In this document: in pieces, positions 14,127 through 26,560 of the stretch
How positions within the stretch are numbered: position 1 is the first letter of the stretch
How the letters are laid out: each line of letters starts with the position of its first letter
From: Octopus sinensis
Lineage: Eukaryota
DNA length: 64,000 nucleotides
Direction: 5' to 3'
Assembly: GCF_006345805.1 (NCBI RefSeq)
Contig: NC_043007.1
Span: 27,404,001-27,468,000, forward strand
The notes under the pieces: generated by a model
Databases searched by the model: none
What the model saw: the letters and a program-made list of their open reading frames with translations, nothing else
Told to the model about the DNA's origin: nothing
Made by a program: the position numbers and the translations under genes

Positions 14127-14248
14127 ATTCTGTTGTGTCTGGAGAGAGTCATTCTCTATTAGTGCCTTATTATTTAATACACTCTCCGGTGTGTGTGTTA
14201 AGTAATAAGGCACTAAAAGAGAATGATTCTCCCCAGACACAACAGAAT
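14127..14248. repeat. Near-perfect palindrome (~56-bp arms) of an interspersed repeat
   Basis: ATTCTGTTGTGTCTGGAGAGAGTCATTCTC...AATACAC versus GTGTGTTAAG...GAATGATTCTCCCCAGACACAACAGAAT. Confidence 0.9.
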
Positions 14249-14645
14249 ATGCTTCAACACACGAAGTCACATAAAGAATCTTGCAAACCAAATCCAAACT
14301 CGAAATTCTTTCTAGAGTTTTCTTTATTTGCACATGTACACCAAGTATATTGGCTCATAAGTGTATTTTTATTTGTGTCCTAATAGATATATCTCAGTTT
14401 CTTTCTCAAGAACATTATTAGTCTTCCTGATAAAGTTTTTTTCTCTCTGTGCAATGTAGTTTTGCGCCATTTCTCGGAGCCGTATCACATATTATTTTAT
14501 TTGGTAAATAATCCTTCCAGTTATGCTTTCATTCAGCATACGAATTGAGGTATTTCATATAAAAAAAACGATGATTGATTGTGTTACTATAACATTTGTA
14601 TTCATATCCATTTCAACTTAGCATCTTGGTTACAGGCTTGTATGC

Positions 14646-15331
<686 letters not shown>

Positions 15332-15336
15332 CATCA

Positions 15337-15418
<82 letters not shown>

Positions 15419-15454
15419 CATCATCATCATTATTATTATTATCATCATCATCAT

Positions 15455-15810
15455 TGCCTTTGCACAGCTTCTAACGCTGGAGATGTATTATAGTGTCAGC
15501 TGTTCACTACGAGTGAACTTATGTAACACCTGTCATTTTTCGAGCACCTTCCGGAGTATTCGGGCGGTTCCAAGCAATGCTGTTTTCTGCAAATGTTCCT
15601 CCCTTATTGCAGCTCCCATTTGTTCCTCGTACTTCTCGAGATTTTTTGCTCACTGTTCCCAGGGCTCCAACAGTTATTAGTACTACTACTACCTTTTTTC
15701 ATCAACTGCTTAACTTCCCAAGTTAACCTGTCATATCTCACGACTTTTCTTTCTTCCTTTTCACATACCTTGTTGTCAGCTGGACATGCTATATCTATGA
15801 TCCAGCATAT
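15455..15810 (-). mobile_element. R4/Dong-like RLE 3' fragment, second subfamily
   Basis: Translation CWIIDIACPADNKVCEKEERKVVRYDRL...VGALGTVSK...QKTALLGTARILRKVLEK*; triplet-repeat flanks. Confidence 0.85.
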
Positions 15811-15821
15811 ATTAATTATTA

Positions 15822-15870
<49 letters not shown>

Positions 15871-15871
15871 T

Positions 15872-15932
<61 letters not shown>

Positions 15933-16265
15933 CTTATTTTTATCACGTGCTTTCACTGCACTACCGAGCGCAGCACTGTGTGCCTTGGATGTGTGCTGTG
16001 GTTTGTTGTGGTGCTCTTATTTTCAGTGTTGAAAGTGTTTTACATGTGTGCGGTGCCTAGTAGTATCATTTTCTGTGTGTTATATATACTTGAAAGTCCT
16101 TGTGTCTTTATGGATATGTCTGAATGTTTTTTTTATGATACCTAATGAAACTACAATGGTGGGAATTGGTTCTGTTTTTAAGCTCCACATTCGAGTTGCC
16201 TCTATTTCCAGATCTTTGTATTTTAGACGTTTTCCCGTTTGCTTTTGAGAAACATTGCCATCTGT
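15933..16265 (-). mobile_element. R4/Dong-like 3' fragment, degenerate copy of the 14777-15281 subfamily
   Basis: Shares the 3' UTR GTGCTTTCACT.CACTACCGAGCGCAGC and the GTGCCTAGTAGT / CCAG.TCTTTGTATTTT blocks. Confidence 0.85.
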
Positions 16266-16273
16266 TGATTATT

Positions 16274-16304
<31 letters not shown>

Positions 16305-16386
16305 CCGCCGTCATCGTCGTCGTCGTCATCATCGTCATCGTCGTCGCTCTCAGCATTAAGGAAGCAAGATGAAAGAATCATTGACA

Positions 16387-16715
16387 GGCCGGTTGCAGAA
16401 ACGTTATCACGCCGGGCGAAATGCTTAGCGGTATTTCGTCTGTCGTTACGTTCTGAGTTCAAATTCCGCCGAGGTCGACTTTGCCTTTCATCCTTTCGGG
16501 GTCTATAAATTAAGTACCAGTTACGCACTGGGGTCGATGTAATCGACTTAATACCTATGTCTGTCCTTGTTTAGCCCCTTGTGGGTAATAAAGAAATAGG
16601 TATTTCGTCTACCGTTACCTTCAGAGTAAAAGTTCAGCTGGACTCGATTTACCGATCACCCTTTCGACAGTCGATAAAATAATTAGCAGTTGAACACTGG
16701 ACTCGATTAGAAAAT
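16387..16715 (+). mobile_element. SINE family S3 (full unit plus second partial unit)
   Basis: GCAGAAACGTTA..ACGCCGGGCGAAATGCTTAGCGGTATTTCG, B box GAGTTCAAATTCC, body CCTTTCATCCTTTCGGGGTC..AAATTAAGTACCAG. Confidence 0.85.
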
Positions 16716-16789
16716 TACTATTTTTAAATCTCACAACGAGAGATATTCAGCCACAGTACTTTGGAGCAAAGATTTTTGGCTAAAATAAC

Positions 16790-17010
16790 ATGGCAGTCCT
16801 GGTTTAGGACGAATGTTGCTGTAATTTAGCCCCGTGCTACATTGTCTCCAGCTGGCTATACGACAAGATATGTGTCCTTATATTTTCGAACAAGGGAATC
16901 TAGAACCCCCACCCAGCTCAAAGGACGCAGATCATGTCGTATTTGCAGCTGGAGACGATGTCTCATGGGGCTAAATTACAGCAACATACGACCTAAACCC
17001 GGACTGCCAT
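16790..17010. mobile_element. MITE-like fold-back element, TIR ~75-85 bp
   Basis: ATGGCAGTCCTGGTTTAGGACGAATGTTGCTGTAATTTAGCCCC ... GGGGCTAAATTACAGCAACATACGACCTAAACCCGGACTGCCAT. Confidence 0.85.
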
Positions 17011-17039
17011 ATTATGTTGGCAAACAATCTTTACGACAA

Positions 17040-17248
17040 AGTACTGTTGAACGAAACACCCATGTTTCCAGAGGTGAATTATTCAAACCCCGAAGAATCT
17101 CTCTCAACACATGTTTATGATGCTCTCCCACTACTTCTGCTCGTGATCAGAGATGCACATATCGTCAGCCAATAAGGGTCATGCAAAACTGGTTAAAGTC
17201 AAAAAACTGACAAGCAAATCTGTGGTACTGAACAGAATATTTGCAGAC
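17040..17248. repeat. Unclassified interspersed repeat, partial copy of 27787-28262
   Basis: GTTGAACGAAACACCCAT...CTACTTCTGCTCGTGATCAGAGATGCAC...CTGACAAGCAAATCTGTGGTA shared. Confidence 0.8.
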
Positions 17249-17541
17249 TATTATTATTTTCTACTTCTTTCATCAAATTTTTTTCCATTTTTCGCAGAGT
17301 GTTTTCCGTACACCTAGGGCAGAGAAGCTCATTGTATGCATTCCCAGACTACACACGCAAATTCACAAGTAAAATATGTTTTTAAAAAATTAATGAATAA
17401 ATAAGTCCATGAAGATATGTTGTGTTCACAGTGATAATGCTCTTCTCAGTACATGAGTCGTTCCCGTTAACACGATTTTTTGCATTTCCTGTAGGGATGG
17501 TAAGCCTCGTATCATCATCACCATCATCATCATCATCATCA

Positions 17542-17592
<51 letters not shown>

Positions 17593-17834
17593 TTTATTTG
17601 CTTCCTCATACACATAATGATGATATAGAACGTCAAACGATTGGAAAAAAAAGAGAAAATGGAAGGTTATTGCGGTGATACCTTGTGGTGGTGATCCTCA
17701 CCGTTATGAACATGATAATGACGCTTTTTTATGGCAATGATTGGTATTACGTGTATTAAAGCAATATCAATTATCACTACGAATATGATAATTACGAGAT
17801 TGATGAATGTTATGGTGCAAGTGATGTTGAGCAT

Positions 17835-17836
17835 CT

Positions 17837-17874
<38 letters not shown>

Positions 17875-18270
17875 ATGATGATGATGATCATAACGATGAT
17901 GATGATGTTATTGATGACAATGTGATGATGACAATGTGATGATGATGACGATGATGATGCAGGTAGTGGTGGTGATGATGATGATGATGATAATGATGAT
18001 GATGATGGTGATGGTGATGATAATGATGATGGTGATGATGTAATTGATGATGATGATGATGCAGGTGGTGGTGGTGGTGGTGGTGATGATGATGATGATG
18101 ATGATATTGATGACGATGTGATGATGACGGGGAGAATGATGATGTTGATGACGATGATGATGCAGGTGGTGGTGGTGGCGGCTGGTGGTGGTGATGACGA
18201 CGACGATCATGATGACGATGATTACAACGACGATGGTGATGACGATGATGATGATGGCGATGATGATGTT
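17835..18270. repeat. (GAT/GGT)n triplet array with ~101-bp higher-order units
   Basis: GCAGGT punctuation at 17959, 18061 and 18162. Confidence 0.85.
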
Positions 18271-18844
18271 GGGGGTCCGTCACGACGAGCTGCTGACATG
18301 TTGACGCCAGCATCAGAGTAAATGTTTATCACCCTCGGCGAAAAGAAGACAAAAAACACATTTAATAAAAAATCCTATTAATTTTCTTTCATTAATGCCT
18401 ATTTTATTTATTTATTTATTTATATAAAATCATTCTGCATTTTTCTTTACACAGAACACAGATTACTTTATAGTGCTTTGTTTCATAATTTTTTTTCATC
18501 AAGATTTGTTTCTCGTAATGTTGTAATTAAAATACTTTTTCTTCCATCTCGCTACTAATTATTTGCTCGTGATAGCGTAAAATCGTGAAAGTCGTTTCCT
18601 ATCAGTGAGATTGGTCTTTCTCTGTAAATAATATATGAACTTTAAGACGTTTCTTTCATTCTAAATCTTTGTCTTTTATGTCGATGCATGTAAGTTTCAC
18701 ATTCAGAATGGAAACAAACCAACACCTGAAAATCTGATAAAATTCTGTAATGGCATAACAAAGCCGAGACTACGTACTTGTGGTTAGGATATCTCGTGGA
18801 AATAATCGCAGGTCGGGTGGTAGGTACAAAACCATTGGACTGGG

Positions 18845-19000
18845 GACCCCTGGAGCAAATGAGGAGCAAGATGGTTAGATAATATGCATCAGCTCGGTTG
18901 GATATCGTTTGAGGATACAGTCACATTACTTGGAGACGGTTGCTTTCTGGCAAGACTCGATGGTAGGTGCGCTTGAGAGCCCTAACCGCGCGATCTTCCA
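18845..19000 (+). pseudogene. Possible degenerate LINE (RTE-like) C-terminal fragment
   Basis: RWLDNMHQLGW resembles the RPxxRWxD post-RT motif; short and weak. Confidence 0.3.
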
Positions 19001-20295
19001 AGAAATGAGCGACTGAAGAAGATGGAAGGTGAAAAACGGCAAATTTTCTCTTCATTCCATCTCAGAATATGCAGAGAAAATATCCCTTGGGCACGATAGC
19101 TGAAATTTTGTGTGGAGAAAGAAATGTCAATTCCATCGACCTCAGTTATCAACTGGTACTTTATAGACATGAACATGGTAAAAAGCCAAAAATTTCAAGA
19201 ATTGCATGCAAAGAAAATTAGAAAGACATTTATTTTCTGGTATTTTGGAAATCTTTATGCGAAATATCTTCGCCTGATATACATTCCATTATGACGTCAT
19301 ATACCTGTGTTTTAACTACGAATGGTTTTCTTTGAAAGACACGTACAGTATTCACTTGGAAGAATTTCTGAAGAATTACGCTTCGTAAATAATTCTATCA
19401 CGTAACAATGGCCAGATTTCCTTTCAGTCAGTCCATATCTGCAATGTCACAACAGATGTCATTAGAATTATCTAGGTATATTCTTTGTCTATTAAACCCA
19501 ATATAACATGGAGATACTTCACCGACGGCTCTGCTACGTATCAACCAGGAAGATGATCTAGAATCGCCAAAACAATTTGCGACATTCTATTATCATGAAC
19601 CACATCTAAATTGCAAAGATTTACTTCTGTGATAGTCAAGTAAATTCTAAGTGCTGGTTAGTTTAATGTTTCACTTACAACATCCCTTACATAGCTATAC
19701 TAACACATACAAAGAAATAAGTTTATATATATGTATATTATATACGTCTGTGTATTCCTGACTATGTGATTATGCATGCGTGTATGCGGGCATATGTAGT
19801 TGTGTATGTATGCAGGGGTGCATGCATATATGTATGTGTGAGTGTATGAGTGTGTACAGATATACATACATACATACAAATATACAGATATTTAGACATA
19901 CACATGGTATGTGTGTGTGATTGTGTAAGTATGTAGGCGGTTCATGTCTTCACCAGACATCTAGAAAATATACATTATTTCGATGGATCTTGTTTCTTTA
20001 TAATGGTGTTTCCATACATTTCTCATGGAATGTGCACTAAAGATCATTATATGACAAGATTTACTCTTACTTATAGTGGTATATTTCTATTAATTTTGGA
20101 AGTCCCTGCACATATGAAGTTTCACAGTACAATACCTCAATTTACCTTAATAATGCAGCCTGACCTGGCCACAAAACACTAGTTTCCAATATTGCATCCT
20201 CTAATCGATGATATCAGTGCATTATGCACCGCCAAGTTTGACATTATGTATATATATATATATAAACATAATATATATACATAATATATATGTAT

Positions 20296-20540
20296 ATGGT
20301 GGCGAACCCTGTGGTACTCTTTCACCACAACATTCTCCCACTCTTTCTTCCTGTTACTGTTGTACCTGTATTTCAAAGGGCCAGCCTTGTCACACTCTGT
20401 GTCACGCTGAATCTTCCGAGAACTACGTTAAGGATACACGCGTCTGTGGAATGATCAGCCACTTGCAAGTTAAATTCACGAGCAGGCTGTGCCATTGGTT
20501 GGATCATCTGGAACCATCGGCGTCGGAACGGACGGAGTGT
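20296..20540 (+). mobile_element. 5'-truncated SINE family S1 (module i)
   Basis: TGTACCTGTATTTCAAAGGGCCAGCCTTGTCAC...GTGTCACGCTGAA...ACGGAGT matches 26183-26560. Confidence 0.85.
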
Positions 20541-20870
20541 CAAGATTTAGATACATATGCATAATTCTTCGTCTGTTGTATTTATATGTTTTGTCTTAGA
20601 ATACATTCGCCAGCTTTTTTCCATAGCAGCTTAAAAACGCCACTGGCGCCTCCAAGATTGAGTGGTGTCAATGGTAATGGCGTGAGACCACTATGATATT
20701 TTGGGTCATTGGCTCACGAGGAAAATGCAGCTGCGAATATTCCATGTATCGTGACTCTGTCTATATTTTCCGTCCGTTAAGTTTTCGTCTAGTTCCCCGT
20801 TTGTTTTCGTTTCGTCTAACTTTTCTTCCTTGTTCTCTTTTGTATGTTTAACCTTTGATATATATATATA

Positions 20871-21071
20871 GGGAGAGATTACGAAGTAAACAGAATACGA
20901 AGACAGGTGGTGTACAAAACAAACAGATGTATTAGTGAAACGCTCGGGAATAGAAAAAGACTTTTACGTTTCGAGTCTACGCTCTTCTACAGAAAGGGAC
21001 ACAGAAAAAACAAGGAGAGAAACAAAGAGAGAAAAATGTGTGTAGTGGCTAACGATCTATCATGGCGACTG

Positions 21072-21075
<4 letters not shown>
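20871..21075 (-). mobile_element. Family A repeat with A6U hammerhead variant (20961-20996)
   Basis: Reverse complement CTTT CTGTAGA A GAGC GTAG ACTC GAAACGTA AAAG. Confidence 0.8.
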
Positions 21076-21103
<28 letters not shown>

Positions 21104-21519
21104 TATATATATAACATCAAATATAATTTAGATTCAGTACAATTAGATACTTAAATTGAGGCGCCTTGTTAGAACGAACTTATTTGCACACTAAGACAAT
21201 ATTAGGTGAGTATCAAACTCTACATAGAAATGTTCCACGTGATATTCATGCAGTGTATGCACAAGGTACGATCCAACTTAGTGGATAATCTATTCTTGTG
21301 TGTACAGGCACGTAATTCATATTAAGAACCTTTCCAAATACTTCCGAAGCGCAGATTCTAGTGTAGATAAGTAAAATATAAATGGGTAACAAAGATGTAT
21401 AAGTGACAATTCATTACGGCCGTTTCGAGTGACTCGTTTAATTGATCAATGGGAGGAGTCATACGAAACGCCTGTAATGAATTAACATTTATACATCTTT
21501 GTTACTCATTTACAGACAC

Positions 21520-21552
<33 letters not shown>

Positions 21553-22015
21553 AGGTCTATCGAATTCACACAAAATCCTTTCGTCATTCGGAGCTGTAGT
21601 AATAGACACCCACCGACGTGGCTTTGGTGTGGGAATGAACCCAAAAGCAAACGGTTGGGAAAAGAAACTCTAACCACACAGACATGTTACCATAACTATA
21701 TAAACACTTGAGTCTCTTTGTATGTGTATGTGTTTGTATATTTGTGTGTGTGTATAGGTGTATTTCTGTGTGTGTTTTTGTGTATGTGTTTTACCGAGTA
21801 TATCTCGAGAGAAAATTACTTACCTTGAGGATGTCTCTCTTTACATACACTGCATCGCGATGATGTATTACAATCTGTTTACAACCAATCGACTATTCTT
21901 CAGGTTTTTCTTTATTTCCAGAAGTTTCTCTCGATTACATTAGCTGGGTGCATTTGTCTCTTGTAATGTATTATGTGTCAAGTTTGTCGTTGAGCATGTG
22001 TAGACTTCCCCAATC

Positions 22016-22068
<53 letters not shown>

Positions 22069-22077
22069 CCTACATAC

Positions 22078-22115
<38 letters not shown>

Positions 22116-23335
22116 GTATATATATATATATACAAGTATATACATATATATATAAATGATTGTATACATATAGACATACAATCGCACAGACGCACACACA
22201 CACACAAATACACATACATATATATGTACATATATATATATATATCGGCGAAATGTTGTTTCTAACGTTTTTTACGGGTTTCCCTATTAAAATATGTATC
22301 TATTTTGTGTAATAGTTTTGTATCCTATCGATTTTCCTTCTTCCTATTATTTCTTTTGTGGAGGAGAATCTAATATATTTTTCTGAGTAGAAACGTCGTA
22401 ACCCTCGTTTTCTCGTTTTATATCACTCTAAGTATTACGTCCTTCCATGCATGTATAAGCACTTATTTGTGTTTTAACTCATACTGATATTAATATGGAA
22501 GCTCTTCCTTATTCGAACATTTACATATGAAAATGGATTTGTTGTATCACATGAAGCTATACGAAAGTTGCCTTGGCTATTAACGATAGAATCAACTGCC
22601 ACTAAAATCATTTTATCCTGATATTAAGACCAGAAACGTTTTAGAAAGACGACATACCTTCGAAATTATTGTTCTGCATATGTAAATGATGAAAAAAAAA
22701 AAAACGAAGTACGTACGCGTATGTATCGCAGAATCTATATCGCAAAAATTTATATGTGCAGGAATTACATGAATTTTTATCTACTCTTGTAAACGAAGAT
22801 TCAGCTTTCACTAACGGGAAGTGTTTACATTTATATACAAAAAATATAAAGTATCCTTCATACATTGTAGAGAAAGCTGCAATCGGGAATAACAACCGAT
22901 ATACACCGGACATAAACACATGAAATTGTATGAAAATTCTGAACAAGCTATATAGATTATGTCTCCCTAAAAGCTTTTGTCGTGAGAGTGTTCTTTGGGT
23001 GGTATGTTGTGAGGACCGGCTGAGCTGATGACTGAAAAGGTATTTCTTGGGCTGCGGGAAGAAGGAACTGAAAACACATGCAATTATTTAACAGAAGAGC
23101 TTATTACTGCATATTTTTGTTATTTGGTCTTTTACAAATAGGAGGAAGAGTAGACTCCCCTTCGGTCATAAGTGATCATGATATTGCACGTAGAAAGTTT
23201 CCACTAGGGGGCAAGTATATGATCGAGGTATTTTGAGATCAATTCCTATTTCTTTACTTCCCGCAAGGGGCTAAACACAGAGGGGACAAACGAGGACAGA
23301 CAAACGGATTAAGTCGATTACATCGACCCCAGTGA

Positions 23336-23560
23336 ATGAATTTTGAGATCAATTCCCTGAGGCAGTTACAATCGGAGACGATGGGGCCGCCAGGGTTGTT
23401 GGTCTTGCGGATTTGGGGATGGAAGTAAAGTAAATGGGGTGCGTGGAGTTCGGACAATGATGTTGGTGGCGGTGGGAGGGAGACAGGAGGAGTCGATGAG
23501 GTCATGGATAGTGGGGTACATAGTAGGGAGCTAATTAGTGTTTGTAGCAAGGGAAGTCTG
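23336..23560 (-). pseudogene. Penelope-like element reverse transcriptase N-terminal fragment
   Basis: Frameshifted HDLIDSSCLPPTATNIIVRTPRTP / LYFHPQIRKTNNPGGPIVSDCNCLRELISKF matches the PLE motif FYxLPKIHKxxxPGRPIVS. Confidence 0.75.
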
Positions 23561-23889
23561 ACATGCGCTTGATATTGTTGAGTATGTATGTTACTCGGGC
23601 CGAACTAGGTGCCTCTCCATATGTATGTTACTCAGACCTAACTAGGGACCTCTCCATCCTGTAACGAATTTCAATATTGGGGCAACGCATTAGTCACTTA
23701 CATCGACCCCGGTTTTCAAATCTATTGAAAAGTTTGCAAGACGCAACGAAAATTTTAATAAATAAAGAAGGAAACGAGTGGAAATTTTACCGGGGTGTGC
23801 GTTAAATTATAAGGCACTAAAAGAAAATTACTCTCCCCGTCTTACTAACTTCACTACTTCCGAGCTTTCCTGTGAGATCCCTCTGCCGG

Positions 23890-24090
23890 TCTTCGCCACT
23901 ATACATTCTTTATTTTTTCTCCTTGTTTCTTTCTGTAGAAGAGCTTAGGCTCGAAATGTTAAAGACTTGTTCACTTAAACTATTACATCTGTTTGTTGTC
24001 AACACCACCTGTCTTCGTCTTTTGATTTTTTTTTTTTTTGTGAATTCTCCCCCTATCGGAGAATTCACAAAAAAGAAGAAAAGACGAAGA
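23890..24090 (+). mobile_element. Family A repeat (A6U hammerhead at 23929-23964) ending in a fold-back at 24012-24090
   Basis: CTTT CTGTAGA A GAGC TTAG GCTC GAAATGTT AAAG; terminal TCTTCGTCTTTT...GTGAATTCTCC / GGAGAATTCAC...AAAAGACGAAGA. Confidence 0.8.
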
Positions 24091-24639
24091 TACCACAAAA
24101 CGTGACTTAGAAAGGATTTAGATAACCCTATCAGGTGCTGCTATTAAGTTAGACATGGCCTGGACCAATCTTTGGTCGAAACATATCTAAGATTTATGTA
24201 AGTTTTAGATATATATATATTAAAGAATAAGCATATTAAAATGTGTCCGTGGGAAAACTCATTGAAATAAAAAGGGATGGGAAACACGAAACAATATTAG
24301 ATTTATTTTTCTTTGCTGATATTAAAAATCTCGAAAATAATTTAAGTTGGCAAAATGTATTTGCTTGTAAGCAAATGTGTTGTTCTTAAAATTTATGGTC
24401 TGAATTGCCTTTGTTTATAATAAAGGGGGCGAGGTGAAAGAGCTTAACGGCTCTTATTATGTTGTGAGAACAAATATCACCGATGTCGCTGTGGTGTTTC
24501 ATTATCTCAGGGTCGATAAAACAAGTATCAATTGAACAGAGGGGTCGATGTATTCGACTAATGCCTTGCCCTAATATCTCAGATATTGTACCTATATCAG
24601 AAAGGAAATGACGTACAGAGTCGCCAATCGAACTCATAA

Positions 24640-25430
24640 ATGGGCAGCCCCCCGCTTCCTATCAAGTTACGACGTATGTCATTCGGTTTCTTTTGGTAAA
24701 AGGAACGCGTTCCAATGTCAGGTTATCCTTTGGGTGCCATCACTCCCTGCCTGGCACATTACGTATGTCGTGGCTACTGATATGCAGACATGCGCATACG
24801 TTGCGTCATCTGCAACGATTTCTACAATATATATGTGTGGTGTGGAACCTCTCGCGGGACATTATTTCCGCAGCTTGACTGACTTACAATCTTGATTGAA
24901 GGCAAGACCGAGACTACAGGCCTTACACTTAGGCTGATGTCGGCACTGACCGACCTCTACCTGTGGCAAATTAGTGGTGGGAAATTATAACGGCATTTTC
25001 GAGGAATCTCTGGGTGTCGACAAAAACGATCTGGGTAGTATTTTTCCAGAGGACTTTCTTATCGGAACTAATATGGATTAATTTCTAGTCCATGGACAGG
25101 CAGTGTTACTGATTGGTGCTACCTGTTCGAGATAATCTCTTCAGGAATGGATTTGTTGTCAGGCAGGTTTGTCCGAGATGTGTACAGAGCGACGAAACGA
25201 TTCTGCACACTCTAGTTCGATATCCGGACATCACTGATTTACGCCGCATAGCTGTTGTCGCATCTGGAACGGATTCAACTATCGGCCGAGTCCACAGTGA
25301 TGACAGCGACGCTGCACTTCATTAATCGAATAGGTAGGGCAGGTTTTGGCAGTCTGGTGATTATGGCGAAAGAGGTTATCTGCCGGAGCAGATACCCCAG
25401 TGACATTTTGATGGCATGCACTGCTCTCTC
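24640..25430 (+). pseudogene. Degenerate Tx1/L1-clade LINE ORF2 3' region
   Basis: Frameshifted HTLRHLQRFL, LPVRDNLFRNG..VCPRCVQSDETILH (CCHC-type finger) and LVIMAKEVI; homologous to 30214-31345. Confidence 0.75.
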
Positions 25431-25436
25431 ACGCAA

Positions 25437-25438
25437 TG

Positions 25439-25489
<51 letters not shown>

Positions 25490-25531
25490 TGATAATAATA
25501 ATAATAATAATAATAATTTTGATGATTATTA

Positions 25532-25598
<67 letters not shown>

Positions 25599-25705
25599 GG
25601 TTATTATTACTATTATTATTATTATTATTATTATTACTATTATTATTATTATGGTTAGTATTATTAGTATTATTATTATTATTATTATTGTTATCATTAT
25701 TATAT
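25437..25705. repeat. (AAT)n switching to (ATT)n: self-complementary compound microsatellite
   Basis: AAT units to ~25517, ATT units from ~25520. Confidence 0.9.
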
Positions 25706-26025
25706 GCCAAGCTGACAACAGGGTATGCGATACGGAAGAACGAAAAGTCGAAAGATATAACAAGCTGCCTTAGGCGGTTAAGCAGTTGTGGTCGATGAAA
25801 AAGTTGGTAGTAGTATCAATAATTGTCGGATCCCTGGGCAGAGTGAGTAAAAATCTCGAGAAGTACATGGAACAAATAGGGGCTGTAATAAGGGTGGAAA
25901 CCTTGCAGAAAATAGCTGCTTGAAACCGCACGAATACCCCGGAAGGTGCTCGAAAAATATGAGGTGTTACCTTAGTTCCCTGATAGTGAACAGTTGGTAC
26001 CGTAGTACATCTCCAACGTTAGAAG
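25706..26025 (+). mobile_element. R4/Dong-like RLE 3' fragment (same subfamily as 15455-15810)
   Basis: CQADNRVCDTEERKVERYNKL...AATCTCGAGAAGTAC...GGAAGGTGCTCGAAAAAT; followed by an AAT-rich tail. Confidence 0.8.
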
Positions 26026-26182
26026 CTGCGCAAATATAATAAATAATAATAATTCAAATCTTGGCACACGGTCACCAGTTTTTGATGGCAGATGCGGTTA
26101 ATTACATCGCTCCCAAAACCAATACCTAGTACTAGTATTAGTATAATCTTATGAAATAATCTCAGTACATGGGTCATATATT

Positions 26183-26560
26183 GTGAAGGCGCAATGGCCC
26201 AGTGGTTAGGGCAGCGGACTCGCGGTCATAGGATCGCGGTTTCGATTCCCAGACCGGGCGTTGTGAGTGTTTATTGAGCGAACACACCTAAAACTCCCCG
26301 AGGCTCCGGCAGGGGATGGTGGTGATCCCTGCTGTACTCTTTCACCACAACTTTCTCTCACTCTTACTTCCTGTTTCTGTTGTACCTGTATTTCAAGGGG
26401 CCGGCCTTGTCACTCTCTGTGTCACGCTGAATATCCCCGAGAACTGCGTTAAGGGTACACGTGTCTGTGGAGTGCTCAGCCACTTACACGTTAATTTCAC
26501 GAGCAGGCTGTTCCGTTGATTCTGATCAAACGGAACCCTCGTCGTCGTAACCGACGGAGT
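26183..26560 (+). mobile_element. Full-length tRNA-derived SINE family S1 (module i)
   Basis: A box TGGCCCAGTGGTTAGG, B-box-like GTTTCGATTCCC, 3' end CGTCGTAACCGACGGAGT. Confidence 0.9.

Noticed and set aside
17888-18313. Histidine-rich ORF resembling a metal-binding protein
   Set aside because: It is the reverse strand of a GAT/GGT array, with no splice or domain support
19509-19560. WRYFTDGS motif resembling an RNase H start
   Set aside because: Frame closed by stops within ~25 codons; no other RNase H residues
26183-26260. tRNA-like sequences with A and B boxes (also at 30900, 31385, 49400, 52380 and 62500)
   Set aside because: No complete cloverleaf; each continues into a shared SINE body, and some have TSDs
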